Under the pieces are notes generated by a model. That model had not been told where the DNA came from and did no database searches. It worked only from the letters and a program-made list of their open reading frames with translations. Position numbers and translations under genes: made by a program. From an uncultured bacterium (lineage in GTDB: Bacteria; Gemmatimonadota; Gemmatimonadetes; Gemmatimonadales; Gemmatimonadaceae), in contig CAXBQP010000010.1 of assembly GCA_963978095.1 (NCBI GenBank), forward strand, positions 1 to 61,597: DNA of 61,597 nt, written 5' to 3'. Positions 27,867 to 38,026 of the stretch are shown here, piece by piece. How positions within the stretch are numbered: the stretch's first letter is position 1; each line of letters begins with the position of its first letter.

Positions 27867-29624
27867 TCAGGGCTTGGCCGAGCGATGCGAGCCGGTCCAA
27901 CGGACCGTCGGGTCGGTGGAGTCGGTAGCCACGAGGGCGCTGTCGGCGACCTCGATCATGAAATCAAAGGCTCGGCGGTACATGCCGTCGGCGATCGCCA
28001 CGCGGGCCTGTGCTCGCGCGGCGTGCCACTGCCCCAACTCCAGGTGGCAGGACACAAGCCCCGCCCGCGCGAGCGGGGACTCCGGCTCGATCGCCAACGC
28101 GGCCTGATACTCCGGAATCGCCGCCTGGCAGATATGCGCCTCGCGATACTTGTGCGCGAGGTCGATCCGCACGGCATGGTACCCGGGAAGCAGCGCGATC
28201 GCCGTGCGCCATTCGCGCTCGGCCTCGAGCGGGCGATGCTGCTCCCACAAGCGGCCGCCGAGGGAGTAGTGACTGCGGAAGTTGAGCGGAGCATCGAGCG
28301 CAAGCGTCTCGAACACATGATCATTGTCCCGCCAGGTGCGCTGTCGTTCCGCGCTGTGCGCGGTCCCCGCCATCACGAGCACGGCGAACCCACCCGCGAG
28401 CGCGAGCTTCCCGGCGCGCGGGGCGTTCGCGAGCCGTCGGACGAGCCATGCCCCCGCGACGCCGACCGCGAGCATCGCGCCCACGCTGGGCAGCAACAGC
28501 GTGCGCTCCGCGATCAGGATTCCGGTGGGCAGCAGGATGTTGGCCACCGGCACCAGGCAGATGGCGATCCACGCGATCCCGAACGAGACGATCGGCGCTC
28601 GGCGCACGCAGATGATCGCGAGCAGCCCCGTGCAGAGCAGTAGCAGGATGCCGGGCAGCAGTTCCGGATGCCAGCTCGTGTGCACGTGCACCAGCGCGGG
28701 TGAGTAATCGGCGTACAGGCGTGCCGGCCAGAGCAGCAGGCGTCCGAATTCCGGCACCAGGCCGAGCATCACGACCGCGCGTTGTCCCGTGGACAGATGC
28801 TGCAGCGAGGGATGTGGGGTGTCGCCGGCCACATCCACCAGCACGGCGGTACGGATCGCGAGGAACAGCGTGGCGAGCAGGGCCAGCTTCAGCAGATGCG
28901 CCGAGCCTTCGTCCAGGCGCTCCCGCCACGGGCGGGGGTCATGCACGATCGTGAGTTCCACGGCCATCAGCAGGGCTGGCAACACGATCACATGTTCCTT
29001 GCAGAACATGCCGACCAGGTAGAGCGATGCCACTGCGATGGCGTCGCCCGTGCGCAGCGGCAGCCCGTCGCGTCGCGCGCGGACATACCGGGCCGTCGCC
29101 AGGAGCAGCAGCAGCGCGGACCAGAGTTCCGCCTGGCCGACGACGTTCCCGACCGCCTCGACGTGCACCGGATGGACGGCGAAGAGCGCACCCGCGATGG
29201 TGGCGGCGACGCGCGGCATCACCTGCAGCGCGAGCCAATACATCACGACGCACACGGCGGCATACAGCGCGATGTTCACCGCGTGGAAGACGAGCGGGCG
29301 TCCCGCTCCCGCTGCCCATTGCATCGCATACAGCACGATGATCAGGGGGCGATACAGCGCCGCCCCGCGCGCGTTGGGCCAGTAGGTCTCACCGAACCGA
29401 TGCCACAGGTCCCGCAGGGTGTGCACCCGCGCGTTCTCGACGATGATCCACCGATCGTCGTACGCGAAGCCGTTGTGGAGCCCGGTGATGGAGGCCGCAA
29501 TCGCGAGGCAGGCGATGAGCACCGCCAACGGGCGCCAATCACGGGGATCGTCCACGCCGGATGGGGCGACGTGGGCCATGGCGCCAACGGCATGGGGCGC
29601 GTCACCGCCCCCGCGTGTGCTCAC
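27867..29624 (-). CDS. TMTC/DUF1736-like GT-C glycosyltransferase with C-terminal TPR repeats
   Basis: GFAYDD loop after TM1, YRPL, FHAVN, LFAVHPVHVEAV...GQAEL, CKE, WPARLYADY, IAERTLLLPS, W+DNDHVF then TPRs. GTG start overlaps the GT2 stop. Confidence 0.8.
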   Translation of the reverse strand: MSTRGGGDAPHAVGAMAHVAPSGVDDPRDWRPLAVLIACLAIAASITGLHNGFAYDDRWIIVENARVHTLRDLWHRFGETYWPNARGAALYRPLIIVLYAMQWAAGAGRPLVFHAVNIALYAAVCVVMYWLALQVMPRVAATIAGALFAVHPVHVEAVGNVVGQAELWSALLLLLATARYVRARRDGLPLRTGDAIAVASLYLVGMFCKEHVIVLPALLMAVELTIVHDPRPWRERLDEGSAHLLKLALLATLFLAIRTAVLVDVAGDTPHPSLQHLSTGQRAVVMLGLVPEFGRLLLWPARLYADYSPALVHVHTSWHPELLPGILLLLCTGLLAIICVRRAPIVSFGIAWIAICLVPVANILLPTGILIAERTLLLPSVGAMLAVGVAGAWLVRRLANAPRAGKLALAGGFAVLVMAGTAHSAERQRTWRDNDHVFETLALDAPLNFRSHYSLGGRLWEQHRPLEAEREWRTAIALLPGYHAVRIDLAHKYREAHICQAAIPEYQAALAIEPESPLARAGLVSCHLELGQWHAARAQARVAIADGMYRRAFDFMIEVADSALVATDSTDPTVRWTGSHRSAKP

Positions 29625-30376
29625 GCGAACAGATTGAAGCGGATGATGTGACCGATGGCGGCAACGCCGTCCCGCCAGCCGATCTTCTTCCCCTCGGCGT
29701 AGGTGCGGCCGGAGTAGGAGATCGGCACCTCGAAGATCCGGGCGCGGCGCTTGGCCAGTTGCGCCGTGACCTCGGGCTCGAACCCGAAGCGTTCCGACGT
29801 GAGCGTGAGCGACCGGGCGAGATCGCCCGTGATCGCCTTGTAGCACGTCTCCATGTCGGTCAGGTTCAGGTTGGTGAGCATGTTGCTGAACGTGGTCAGC
29901 ATGAAGTTGCCCACCGAGTGCCAGAAGTAGAGCACGCGATGCGGCCCGCCGAGGAATCGGGAGCCGAACACCGCGTCGGCACGTCCCGCGATGATGGGAT
30001 CGAGCATCGCCGGCCAGTCGGCCGGATCGTATTCGAGGTCGGCGTCCTGCACGATCACGACATTGCCGGTGCTCGCCGCGAGTGCCGTCCGGATGGCGGA
30101 TCCCTTGCCGCGGTTGCGGTCATGCAGGATCAGCACGTCGATCCGCCCGTCTCGCTTCAGTTGCTCCAGGATCTCGCGCGTTCCATCGGTCGAACAGTCA
30201 TCGACACAGATGACTTGCTGCCGCACCGGCACCGACCGCACTTGCTCGAGGATCGTCGCGATGGTGTTGCGCTCGTTGTACACCGGAATGAGCACGGACA
30301 GCACGAGGCTCTCCACGGGCATCGGAGTGAGGCCGCGCATGCGGCTCGCGGGCTGAGCGATTGACGACGATGACAT
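29621..30376 (-). CDS. GT2 polyprenol-phosphate glycosyltransferase (DPM1/Ppm1-like)
   Basis: SVLIPVYNE, VDDCSTDGT, NRGKGSA, QDADLEYDP, GSRF, LTDMETCYK, FGFEPE, EVPISY.GR...EGKKIGWRDG. Start may be slightly downstream. Confidence 0.9.
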   Translation of the reverse strand: MSSSSIAQPASRMRGLTPMPVESLVLSVLIPVYNERNTIATILEQVRSVPVRQQVICVDDCSTDGTREILEQLKRDGRIDVLILHDRNRGKGSAIRTALAASTGNVVIVQDADLEYDPADWPAMLDPIIAGRADAVFGSRFLGGPHRVLYFWHSVGNFMLTTFSNMLTNLNLTDMETCYKAITGDLARSLTLTSERFGFEPEVTAQLAKRRARIFEVPISYSGRTYAEGKKIGWRDGVAAIGHIIRFNLFA

Positions 30377-30406
30377 AGGCGGTCGGGAGGATCCGTGAAA
30401 TCTGCG

Positions 30407-31879
30407 TCAGGAGCCGGCGTCGCGCGATGGCTGTGACGAGACCGGAGCAGGACGCAGCGCGCGGTACCGTGCGCAGAGGCGCCGATACCGGCCGATCCAT
30501 GGGAGTTCTCGCGGCAGGCGATCGAGCGGATTCGGCCCCCGCCGCTGCTCGATGCACTGGATCAGCGCCTCGGTGGCGGGGATATGGGCGGCATCGGCCC
30601 CCGCGGCGATCCGGCGCGACACGCGCGGGACAGCGGTGAGGTTCAACGCCGCGAGCACGAGGGCGATGGCCACGACCGGTCGCCGCCACGCGGCCCAGTC
30701 CGCGCGGCGCGCGCACCGCGTGAGTGCGAGCCCAAGCCCGACGGTCAATAGCGCCAGCAACGGGGTGTTGTAATACGCCACCCGGACGTCGGGGGCCGCG
30801 ACGGGCGGATGACGTGACACCAGAAGCGCGGCGAAGAGCGTGAGCGCGGCCAACGCGAGGCTGGCGCGCAGGAGCCATCGGGCGTGTCCACCGATGCGGG
30901 CCAGCAGCAGTCCCGCGCATGCGACGACGATCCCCCAGCTGACGCCGAGTCCTCCGGCAAAGAGGGAGAAGGAGTCCAGGAGCCACACCGCGGCACCGCG
31001 CCACACCTCGGGACGCATCAGGGCCGCCGGATCCACCGTCCCCGACTGCAGAGACCAGTTCACCTCCTGATGCACCGCCGCGCGGATCAGCGTCGGGCCG
31101 ACCCACATGTCGTAGACGGTCCCGGCGCCCAGGGCCAGCATGAGCGCGAGGACGTACCTCATGTCCTCGGAGCGTCGATTCCCGGCAGCCCTGGCGTCGA
31201 GCCACAACAGGACCGCGAAGGCCAGCACGAAGAACGTCCCCTGCCGGTCGGCGAGCACGAGGACGGTGGCGGTGACGCCGAGCGTGAGCGCGCGCCGGCG
31301 TCGGTCACGACGCGAGCGAAGTGGCGTCTCGGGTGCGCGAGAGGCGTCGTCCACCACACGCACCAGCTGCCAGGCCAGCATCAGGACGGCGGCGGCGGCC
31401 AACGACTTGGCGGTCCGGAAGTGGCGGGCCCCGAGCACCGTGCTCGCCGAGGACACGAAGAGCAGCGCCGGAACGAACGCCGCGCGCCCGAGTTGCGGCG
31501 CCGCCGTGCGCAGCCATGTCACGGTGACGCCGACAATCAGTCCGCACGCGAGCAGATGCATGGCGGAGAGCGGGAGAAACCAGCCGGTCCGCCGGAACCA
31601 CGCGGCGGCCACGCGGGCATCGAACCAATCGGTGGCGTAACTCAGTTCGCGTGCCTGGTAGAGTCCGAAGTCGTTCCGCTGCACGTCGAAGATCTGTGCC
31701 ACCGGGGCGCGCCCGTCGAGCGCGTTCGCGAGATACGTGGCGGACTCCATGTGCACGAAGGGAAACGCGCGCACCAGCCAGGCGGCGCTCACGGCGAGCG
31801 CAAGCATCGCGACCAGCGCCGCGACGAGCCCCGCGGTGCGGGGTGGCGCGCCGATCGGGCAGGCGCTGCGCGCGCTCAC
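30407..31879 (-). CDS. Polytopic membrane protein of unknown function (possible GT-C fold)
   Basis: About 10-11 hydrophobic segments, with a polar loop after TM1 (HMES...NDFGLYQARELSYATDWFD). GTG start overlaps the pilR stop. Confidence 0.65.
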   Translation of the reverse strand: MSARSACPIGAPPRTAGLVAALVAMLALAVSAAWLVRAFPFVHMESATYLANALDGRAPVAQIFDVQRNDFGLYQARELSYATDWFDARVAAAWFRRTGWFLPLSAMHLLACGLIVGVTVTWLRTAAPQLGRAAFVPALLFVSSASTVLGARHFRTAKSLAAAAVLMLAWQLVRVVDDASRAPETPLRSRRDRRRRALTLGVTATVLVLADRQGTFFVLAFAVLLWLDARAAGNRRSEDMRYVLALMLALGAGTVYDMWVGPTLIRAAVHQEVNWSLQSGTVDPAALMRPEVWRGAAVWLLDSFSLFAGGLGVSWGIVVACAGLLLARIGGHARWLLRASLALAALTLFAALLVSRHPPVAAPDVRVAYYNTPLLALLTVGLGLALTRCARRADWAAWRRPVVAIALVLAALNLTAVPRVSRRIAAGADAAHIPATEALIQCIEQRRGPNPLDRLPRELPWIGRYRRLCARYRALRPAPVSSQPSRDAGS

Positions 31880-33258
31880 CCGTCGACGCCGAAGCGCGAG
31901 AGCTTGCGGTGCAAGGTCGAGGGATCGATCCCCAAGACTTCCGCTGCCCGCGTCTTGTTGCCGTGCTCCGCCTGCAACACCCACATGATGTAGGCGCGCT
32001 CGATGGTCTCGAGCGACGGGTTCGCGCTGCCACGATCCGACAGCAGCGATTCAGGGGTCGCCTCCGTGATGCGCTCGGGAAGCGCGGCGACGTCAATGAC
32101 GTCGCCCGTGGTCAGGATGACCGCGCGCTCCAAGGCGTTTTCCAGTTCGCGCACATTGCCGGGCCACCGGTACCGCTGCAACAGCGCGAGCGCCTCCGCG
32201 CTGAGGTGTTTGACCGGCTCCTGCCGCGACTCGGCGCGTCGCGCAAGGAAGGCGTCCGAGAGCAGCGGGATGTCGTCCGCACGCTCGCGCAGCGGCGGGA
32301 CGTGAATGGCGATCACGTTCAACCGATAAAACAGGTCACGCCGGAAGGTCCCGCGGCGAATCTCCTCCTCGAGATCACGATTCGTCGCCGCAATCACACG
32401 CGTGTCGATCGGCACCGCCTGCGTCGCGCCCACGGGGATCACCTCACGGTGCTGCAGCACGCGCAGCAACTTCACCTGCGTCGCCGGCGTCGTCTCCCCG
32501 ATCTCGTCGAGGAAGAACGTGCCCCCGGCGGCGGCGGTGAACAATCCGTCGCGGTCCTTCACGGCGCCGGTGAAAGCGCCACGCTGATGTCCGAAGAGCT
32601 CGCTCTCGAGCAGTCCCTCCGGCAGCGCGCCGCAGTTGATGGAGAGGAACGATCCGCTGTTGCGAGCGGACAGCTCGTGGATGTACCGGGCGACCACTTC
32701 CTTGCCCGTGCCCGACTCGCCCATCACCAGCACCGTGCTCTCCGTGGGCGCGACCGCCGCGGCCAGCCGCAAGACCTCCAACCACTTGCGGTTCTGTCCG
32801 ATCGGCGCGGCCGTGGACGCGTGGTCGCGCCGATGAATCTCGCGTTTGAGGGAACGGTTCTCCACGCGCAGCCGCCGGTGTTCGGCGGCACGGCGCAGAA
32901 TCGCCAGCAGATCGTCGTTGCGGAACGGCTTCTGGATGTAATAGAACGCGCCCGCATTGACGGCCTGCATGGCCGTCTCGAGCGAGGCTTGGGCGGTCAT
33001 CAGAATCACCGGGGTGTCCGCATCGTGCGCCTTGGCCGCATCGAGAATGTCGACACCACTCACCTGCGGCATTCGGACATCGGTCAGAATGATGTCCGGC
33101 GAAAGCGCGGCAACCTGCGCGAGCCCGGCCTTCCCCCCGTGCGCCAGATGGGGCACGAACCCGGCATTCCGCAGCAGGATGCCGAGGGATTCGAGGATGC
33201 TCTGTTCGTCGTCGACCACGAGCACGGTGGGCAGTGGCGGCTGATGCATGGCGTTCAC
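31876..33258 (-). CDS. pilR: Sigma-54-dependent response regulator (PilR-like)
   Basis: Receiver (VDDE, TDVRMP), GESGTGKE, ESELFGH, GAFTGA, FLDEIGE, FRRDLFYRLNV, WPGNVRELEN, Fis HTH. Confidence 0.88.
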   Translation of the reverse strand: MNAMHQPPLPTVLVVDDEQSILESLGILLRNAGFVPHLAHGGKAGLAQVAALSPDIILTDVRMPQVSGVDILDAAKAHDADTPVILMTAQASLETAMQAVNAGAFYYIQKPFRNDDLLAILRRAAEHRRLRVENRSLKREIHRRDHASTAAPIGQNRKWLEVLRLAAAVAPTESTVLVMGESGTGKEVVARYIHELSARNSGSFLSINCGALPEGLLESELFGHQRGAFTGAVKDRDGLFTAAAGGTFFLDEIGETTPATQVKLLRVLQHREVIPVGATQAVPIDTRVIAATNRDLEEEIRRGTFRRDLFYRLNVIAIHVPPLRERADDIPLLSDAFLARRAESRQEPVKHLSAEALALLQRYRWPGNVRELENALERAVILTTGDVIDVAALPERITEATPESLLSDRGSANPSLETIERAYIMWVLQAEHGNKTRAAEVLGIDPSTLHRKLSRFGVDG

Positions 33259-34949
33259 GAGAGATTCGGTGCCCCGGACCACGTCATCACAACGGGGTCG
33301 AAGGGGAGCAGGATGGTGAAGCGCGTCCCGGCTGGCGACGAATCCACCAACACGACGCCGCGGTGTGCTTCAACGGCCCGATGCGTGATCGAGAGCCCGA
33401 GCCCGGTGCCACCGACTTTGTTCGTGGCGAACGGCTCGAAGAGCCGGTTCTGGACATCGCTGGCGATGCCAGGTCCGGCGTCGGCGACCTGCACGCTGAG
33501 GGCGCCGTCGGGGAATGGCACGCCGCGTGGCACCTGATCCGGCGTGATCACCGACGCCGTGACGGTGACCTCGGTGCCCGCGCGCGTCGCTTGGAGCGCA
33601 TTCAGGACGAGGTTGAACACCGCGCGGTGCAGCAGATCCTCATCGCCGAACAGCGGCAACGGGTCATCGGCGAGGCGTACCGTCAGACGGGCGTCCGGCA
33701 TCCGCGACGGATGCTCTCCCGCCAGGGCACAGGCGGCACGGACGACGGCGGCCAGATCCACGCGATCACGCCGCGCGATCCGGACACGCGCGAAGTCGAG
33801 GAACTCCGTGAGGAGCGACGACAGGCGCGCCGATTCACGCACCACGAGCGCCCCGAGCGTCCGCTCGTCCTTCGAGGCGGTCGCGCGCGTCGCGAGTTGC
33901 TCGACCGCGCTCTGGATGGACGCCAGTGGATTCTTGATCTCATGCGCGAGCGACGCCGACAACTCAGCGACCGCCTCGAGCCGTTGCGCGCGCAGATGCA
34001 ACTGCTCGAGCCGCTTCTCGCCGGAGATGTCCTGGAAGATCGCGGTGAAGTTGCGGCGGATCCCCTCGGCGTCGCCGGCCGCCACCGAAATGGAGATGCC
34101 CACCGGCCGCGGTTGCGTATCGTGACGGAGTTCGAATTCGGCGCGCGTGACCCCCTGCCCCGACGCGATGGCGGCCTCGAGCAGTGCGGCGAACTCCGGC
34201 ACGGTGGTGCGCAGCGCGTTGAGCGCGGGCCGATTCAGGAATGCGGTGAAATCGAAGGGCAGCACCTTCGACGCCGCCGCATTGGCGAAGAGCAGGACTC
34301 CGCGGTCGTTGATGGTCAGGATGCCGGCCCGGATGTTGGCGAGGATATCGCGTTCCCGCAGTCGGACCGATGCGAGTTCGGCGGCGAGCGCTTCGCGTCC
34401 TTCCCCTGCCGCCTGCAAACGGGCGCTGATGACGCCGGTGCCGATCGCCACGGCCGAGAAGACGGCGATCTGCAACAGCAGACTCAACTCCAACGGGCCC
34501 GGACGCACGAGCAAGGCGTCGGCCGCATACACCACGCTGCCAAGCAAGGCGATCAGCACCGCGCCCCCGCCCGGCAGCAGCAGGGCGGCCGCGGCGTTGA
34601 CCGGGATATAGAGCGCCGCGAACTGTGACGCCGCTCCACCGGTGACGTGCACGATGCCGGTGATCACCAGCACGTCCACGACCAACTGACCGTACAGGAA
34701 CCCTCGCGTCAGCGGTTTTCGATTAACTTCCGTCCAGAGGAAGGAGACGGCGGTGACAAAGAGCGCGCCGACGAAGCAGAGTGTCGCAATGAGCGTTTTC
34801 TCTGAATCCGCGATGAGCCACTGGAAGACGGCGGCGAGGAAGATCGCGCTGGCCAGCATCAGACGGCTGACGTAGACCCACCGGACGAGTCGCCGAGGGG
34901 TCAGCACCGCAAGCCGTTGGCTTTCGTTCTTGGGCTGGGAAGTTCGCAC
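33255..34949 (-). CDS. pilS: Sensor histidine kinase (PilS-like)
   Basis: Six-TM N-terminus (VHVTGGAASQFAALY), PAS-like region, LAHEIKNPL, NLVLNA, DAGPG, FEPF, GTGLGL; coupled to pilR. Confidence 0.88.
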   Translation of the reverse strand: MRTSQPKNESQRLAVLTPRRLVRWVYVSRLMLASAIFLAAVFQWLIADSEKTLIATLCFVGALFVTAVSFLWTEVNRKPLTRGFLYGQLVVDVLVITGIVHVTGGAASQFAALYIPVNAAAALLLPGGGAVLIALLGSVVYAADALLVRPGPLELSLLLQIAVFSAVAIGTGVISARLQAAGEGREALAAELASVRLRERDILANIRAGILTINDRGVLLFANAAASKVLPFDFTAFLNRPALNALRTTVPEFAALLEAAIASGQGVTRAEFELRHDTQPRPVGISISVAAGDAEGIRRNFTAIFQDISGEKRLEQLHLRAQRLEAVAELSASLAHEIKNPLASIQSAVEQLATRATASKDERTLGALVVRESARLSSLLTEFLDFARVRIARRDRVDLAAVVRAACALAGEHPSRMPDARLTVRLADDPLPLFGDEDLLHRAVFNLVLNALQATRAGTEVTVTASVITPDQVPRGVPFPDGALSVQVADAGPGIASDVQNRLFEPFATNKVGGTGLGLSITHRAVEAHRGVVLVDSSPAGTRFTILLPFDPVVMTWSGAPNLS

Positions 34950-35028
34950 GAGGCTCCAGTATTGCAAATCGCAACAGATTTAGCATGGGGTTGGCCGTGG
35001 CGAAATGCAAGAGACAGGGGACACCACC

Positions 35029-35475
35029 ATGAGTCGTTCCGATTCGGACGTGCCCGGAGTGCGCGTCAGCGCGACCGTGACCATCCCGGCTGGCGAAATC
35101 GAGTTCCGTGCGAGTCGCAGCGGCGGGCCGGGTGGGCAACATGTGAACACCTCCAGCACTCGCGTCGAATTGACGTGGAATGCCGTGCGCTCAACGGCCC
35201 TGACCGGCGAGCAACGCGCACTGCTCCTGGCCACGCTGCATGCCAAACTCGACACCGACGGCTCGCTCCGCGTGGTCGTCAGCGACACGCGGAGTCAAAA
35301 GCAGAATCGGGCGATCGCCGAGGAGCGGCTCGCGGCCCTGGTGCATCATGGACTGCTGGTGCGGAAGGCGCGCAAGAAGACCAAGCCCGGCCGCGCCGCC
35401 GTGGAACGCCGGATCGCGAGCAAGAAGAAACAGGGCGCGAAGAAGAAAACCCGTCGCTTCTCCGGCGACGAGTGA
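35029..35475 (+). CDS. arfB: Alternative ribosome rescue factor / peptidyl-tRNA hydrolase ArfB
   Basis: RSGGPGGQHVNT, RSQKQNR, basic C-terminal tail. Confidence 0.95.
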   Translation: MSRSDSDVPGVRVSATVTIPAGEIEFRASRSGGPGGQHVNTSSTRVELTWNAVRSTALTGEQRALLLATLHAKLDTDGSLRVVVSDTRSQKQNRAIAEERLAALVHHGLLVRKARKKTKPGRAAVERRIASKKKQGAKKKTRRFSGDE

Positions 35476-35536
35476 GCCGCGGCTGCGGCACGGGTGCGGC
35501 TGCCATCGTCGGCCGCACCGGTGCCGCACCGCTCCA

Positions 35537-38026
35537 CTACCAGCGGATCGTCCAGCTGGTGTCACCCCAACCATCGCCGAAGGGATCGCCCGGCGGCGCC
35601 TTGAGGGCTTCGGTGAGCACCGGCACCTCCCCCTTCTCTTGCCACCGCCGGATATCGGCGGCGATCGCGCGCCAGTGCGCCTTCACCTCGGCGGTGGTGG
35701 CGGCAGCGGCCTTGGCGGTCGCGACGGTCTTGAGCGTGTCGGCCCAGAGGTCGGCCACGCCACGCACTTCCGGCGAGGCCTCCTTGTCCGCGGCCAGCAG
35801 GATCAGCCGATCGCTGACGGCCCGCTGCGTCACGCGCTGGATCGCGGCGAGTTTGCCGGAGGTCGGCACGGCGGCACTCCACGTCCCCTTCACCAGGTCA
35901 CGCACGGCATCATGCAGCGAGTAGCCACCGAGTCGCGCCGCATACTGCACCATGCGGGCGGCGCGCTCCCGCTGCAGGATCCCGTCGATGATCATCTGGG
36001 CCAGGGTGCGCGCCGCGCCAAGCTCGTCGAACACGGGCGTGGTGCGCGATCCGAGCAACTCGACATCGCGCTCGAGGCGTGGAGGGAAGAGGGTCAACAC
36101 CGTGTCCGGGATCGCGAGCTCCTTCGGATCGAGCGCCGCGAGCAGTTGCTGCATCGCCGCGCGCTGACGCGCCGCGCTGATGACGGTGGTGGCCTGCTGC
36201 CCATCGCCCTTGAGGGGATTCGCGTACTCGAGCCCGCCGAGCGTCTTGGTGACGCCGTTGACGGCGAAGCGGTGGAAGAAATAGAGGAGCGGGAAACGGT
36301 CCTGCAGGATCGACAGCGGCTCACCGTCACGAATGTTGCGGAGCCCGAATCGTGAGAGCGCGATGCGACGGGCGTCCATCTGGCGCTTGAGGAACTCGTT
36401 CGGCGTGGCCGCGTCGTCCCAGAGGGAGGTGCGCGGATCGGCAGCATTCTCGGGGCGGGCGTCGCCGTCGCTCAAGTACAGATACCCCTGCTTGAGGCCG
36501 TCGCTGACGATGGCCTTGAGGGAGTCCTTCTCGCTCGCGGCGGGAAAGATGCCGTACCCCCAATGGATGGCCCACACATCGTAGGCGCCGGGGCCGGTCG
36601 CGTACGCCTGCGAGAGGTCGATCGCGCCGTTGGTGACGAGGACGCGCGGCGCGGGATAGTCCATGACCGAGGCGCGTTCGTACGAGCTGGCGATGTAGTT
36701 GTGTTGCAGGCCGAGGGTGTGCCCGACTTCGTGCGCGCTCACCTGCCGGATGCGCGAGAGCACGAACGCGGTATCAGCGGCGGCGGCATCGGCGCCCAGG
36801 AGTGCGGCGTAGATGTTGTAATCGGTGCGATTGCGGTGGGAGTCCATGCGGGCCATCCCCTTGAGCATCTCACCGGTGCGGGGATCGGTCAGGGCGCCGC
36901 CGACGCTCCAGCCGCGCTCGTTGCGGTTCTCCCACTGCACGACGTTATAGCGCGCGTCCATCGGGTCGACGCCTTCGGGGAGGAGCTCGACCCGGAACCC
37001 GCCGCGGAGGCCCGCGCGGTCGAACGCCTGCGTCCAGAAGCCGACGCCTTGGAGCGTGGCGGTGCGCAGCGGCTCGGGGATCCCCCGATCGACGTAATAG
37101 ACGATGGGATTCTTGATCGGGCTGTTCGGGTCGTTCGGGTTCACCCGTTCCAGCCGGTGCCGCGAGGCCCAATGCTGTTCGAGCTGGGCCTGGATCGGCT
37201 GGTTGTAGTCCTTGAAGCTGATGCCGAAGAAGCCGACGCGAGGATCGGCCACGCGCGGCTTGAACGCATCGTCGGGAAGCTTGAGGAGCGTGATGTGTTG
37301 CCGGAAGTCGAGCGCCCGTGCGTCGGGGACGAGTCGGCCGACGAATCCGGCGGGATTCCCCTGGGCGGCGAAGGTCAGCGCGACGTCGATCTCGGTGTTC
37401 TCGGCGAATGCCTTGGTGTACGGCTTGAAGATCCGTGAACGGTCCCGCGCGACGGCGTATTGCCCCTGCTGCGAGCGCGCGAGCGTGGTACCGATCTCGT
37501 TCCAGTCGCGCATGACGAGGTCGGTGGCATCGACGAGCAGCTTCCCCCCTTCCTCGGCGAGGATGGGCAGCGCCGCGCTGGTGCTGCTGGCGAACGCTTC
37601 GGCCACGGAGCGCTGGTTGTCGGCGGAGCCGCTCGACCGATAGCTCGTGTTCTCGAAGGTGACCAGGACGCGATCACCCGCCTTCTGGAAGCGGGCGACG
37701 CGCACGGTGCCGCCGGAGCCCCGATCGAGTCCGATCGGATTGGAGCCGAGTCCGGTGGCGAGCGTCGTCATGAACAGGGCACGGGTGCCATCGGCCGGGA
37801 GTTCGAGCAGAAGCCCGCCGGTGCGCTCGTTGATCCAGAGGGGGATGAATCCGTCGCGCCGTTCCATGCCGGCGGTTCGGGCGGCGATGGTCGCGGCGGG
37901 GGCAGCCTGTTGCGCGCCGAGGGTGTGCCGACGTGCTGTGGTGGATGGCGCCGCGGCGAGCGCGGCGAGCGCCGCGAGTGCCGCCAGTGCCGCCACGGCG
38001 GGACGGCTGCGGAGAGACTGGGACAT
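35537..38026 (-). CDS. Secreted zinc-dependent metalloprotease (DUF5117/DUF4953 type), second paralog
   Basis: Signal peptide, DPRVGFF, DPRTGEML, HEVGHTLGLQHNY, SVMDY, PPGDPFG tail. Confidence 0.9.
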   Translation of the reverse strand: MSQSLRSRPAVAALAALAALAALAAAPSTTARRHTLGAQQAAPAATIAARTAGMERRDGFIPLWINERTGGLLLELPADGTRALFMTTLATGLGSNPIGLDRGSGGTVRVARFQKAGDRVLVTFENTSYRSSGSADNQRSVAEAFASSTSAALPILAEEGGKLLVDATDLVMRDWNEIGTTLARSQQGQYAVARDRSRIFKPYTKAFAENTEIDVALTFAAQGNPAGFVGRLVPDARALDFRQHITLLKLPDDAFKPRVADPRVGFFGISFKDYNQPIQAQLEQHWASRHRLERVNPNDPNSPIKNPIVYYVDRGIPEPLRTATLQGVGFWTQAFDRAGLRGGFRVELLPEGVDPMDARYNVVQWENRNERGWSVGGALTDPRTGEMLKGMARMDSHRNRTDYNIYAALLGADAAAADTAFVLSRIRQVSAHEVGHTLGLQHNYIASSYERASVMDYPAPRVLVTNGAIDLSQAYATGPGAYDVWAIHWGYGIFPAASEKDSLKAIVSDGLKQGYLYLSDGDARPENAADPRTSLWDDAATPNEFLKRQMDARRIALSRFGLRNIRDGEPLSILQDRFPLLYFFHRFAVNGVTKTLGGLEYANPLKGDGQQATTVISAARQRAAMQQLLAALDPKELAIPDTVLTLFPPRLERDVELLGSRTTPVFDELGAARTLAQMIIDGILQRERAARMVQYAARLGGYSLHDAVRDLVKGTWSAAVPTSGKLAAIQRVTQRAVSDRLILLAADKEASPEVRGVADLWADTLKTVATAKAAAATTAEVKAHWRAIAADIRRWQEKGEVPVLTEALKAPPGDPFGDGWGDTSWTIRW

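Noticed and set aside
35537..38026. Metalloprotease as substrate of the upstream T1SS
   Set aside because: It has an N-terminal Sec-type signal and no RTX repeats.
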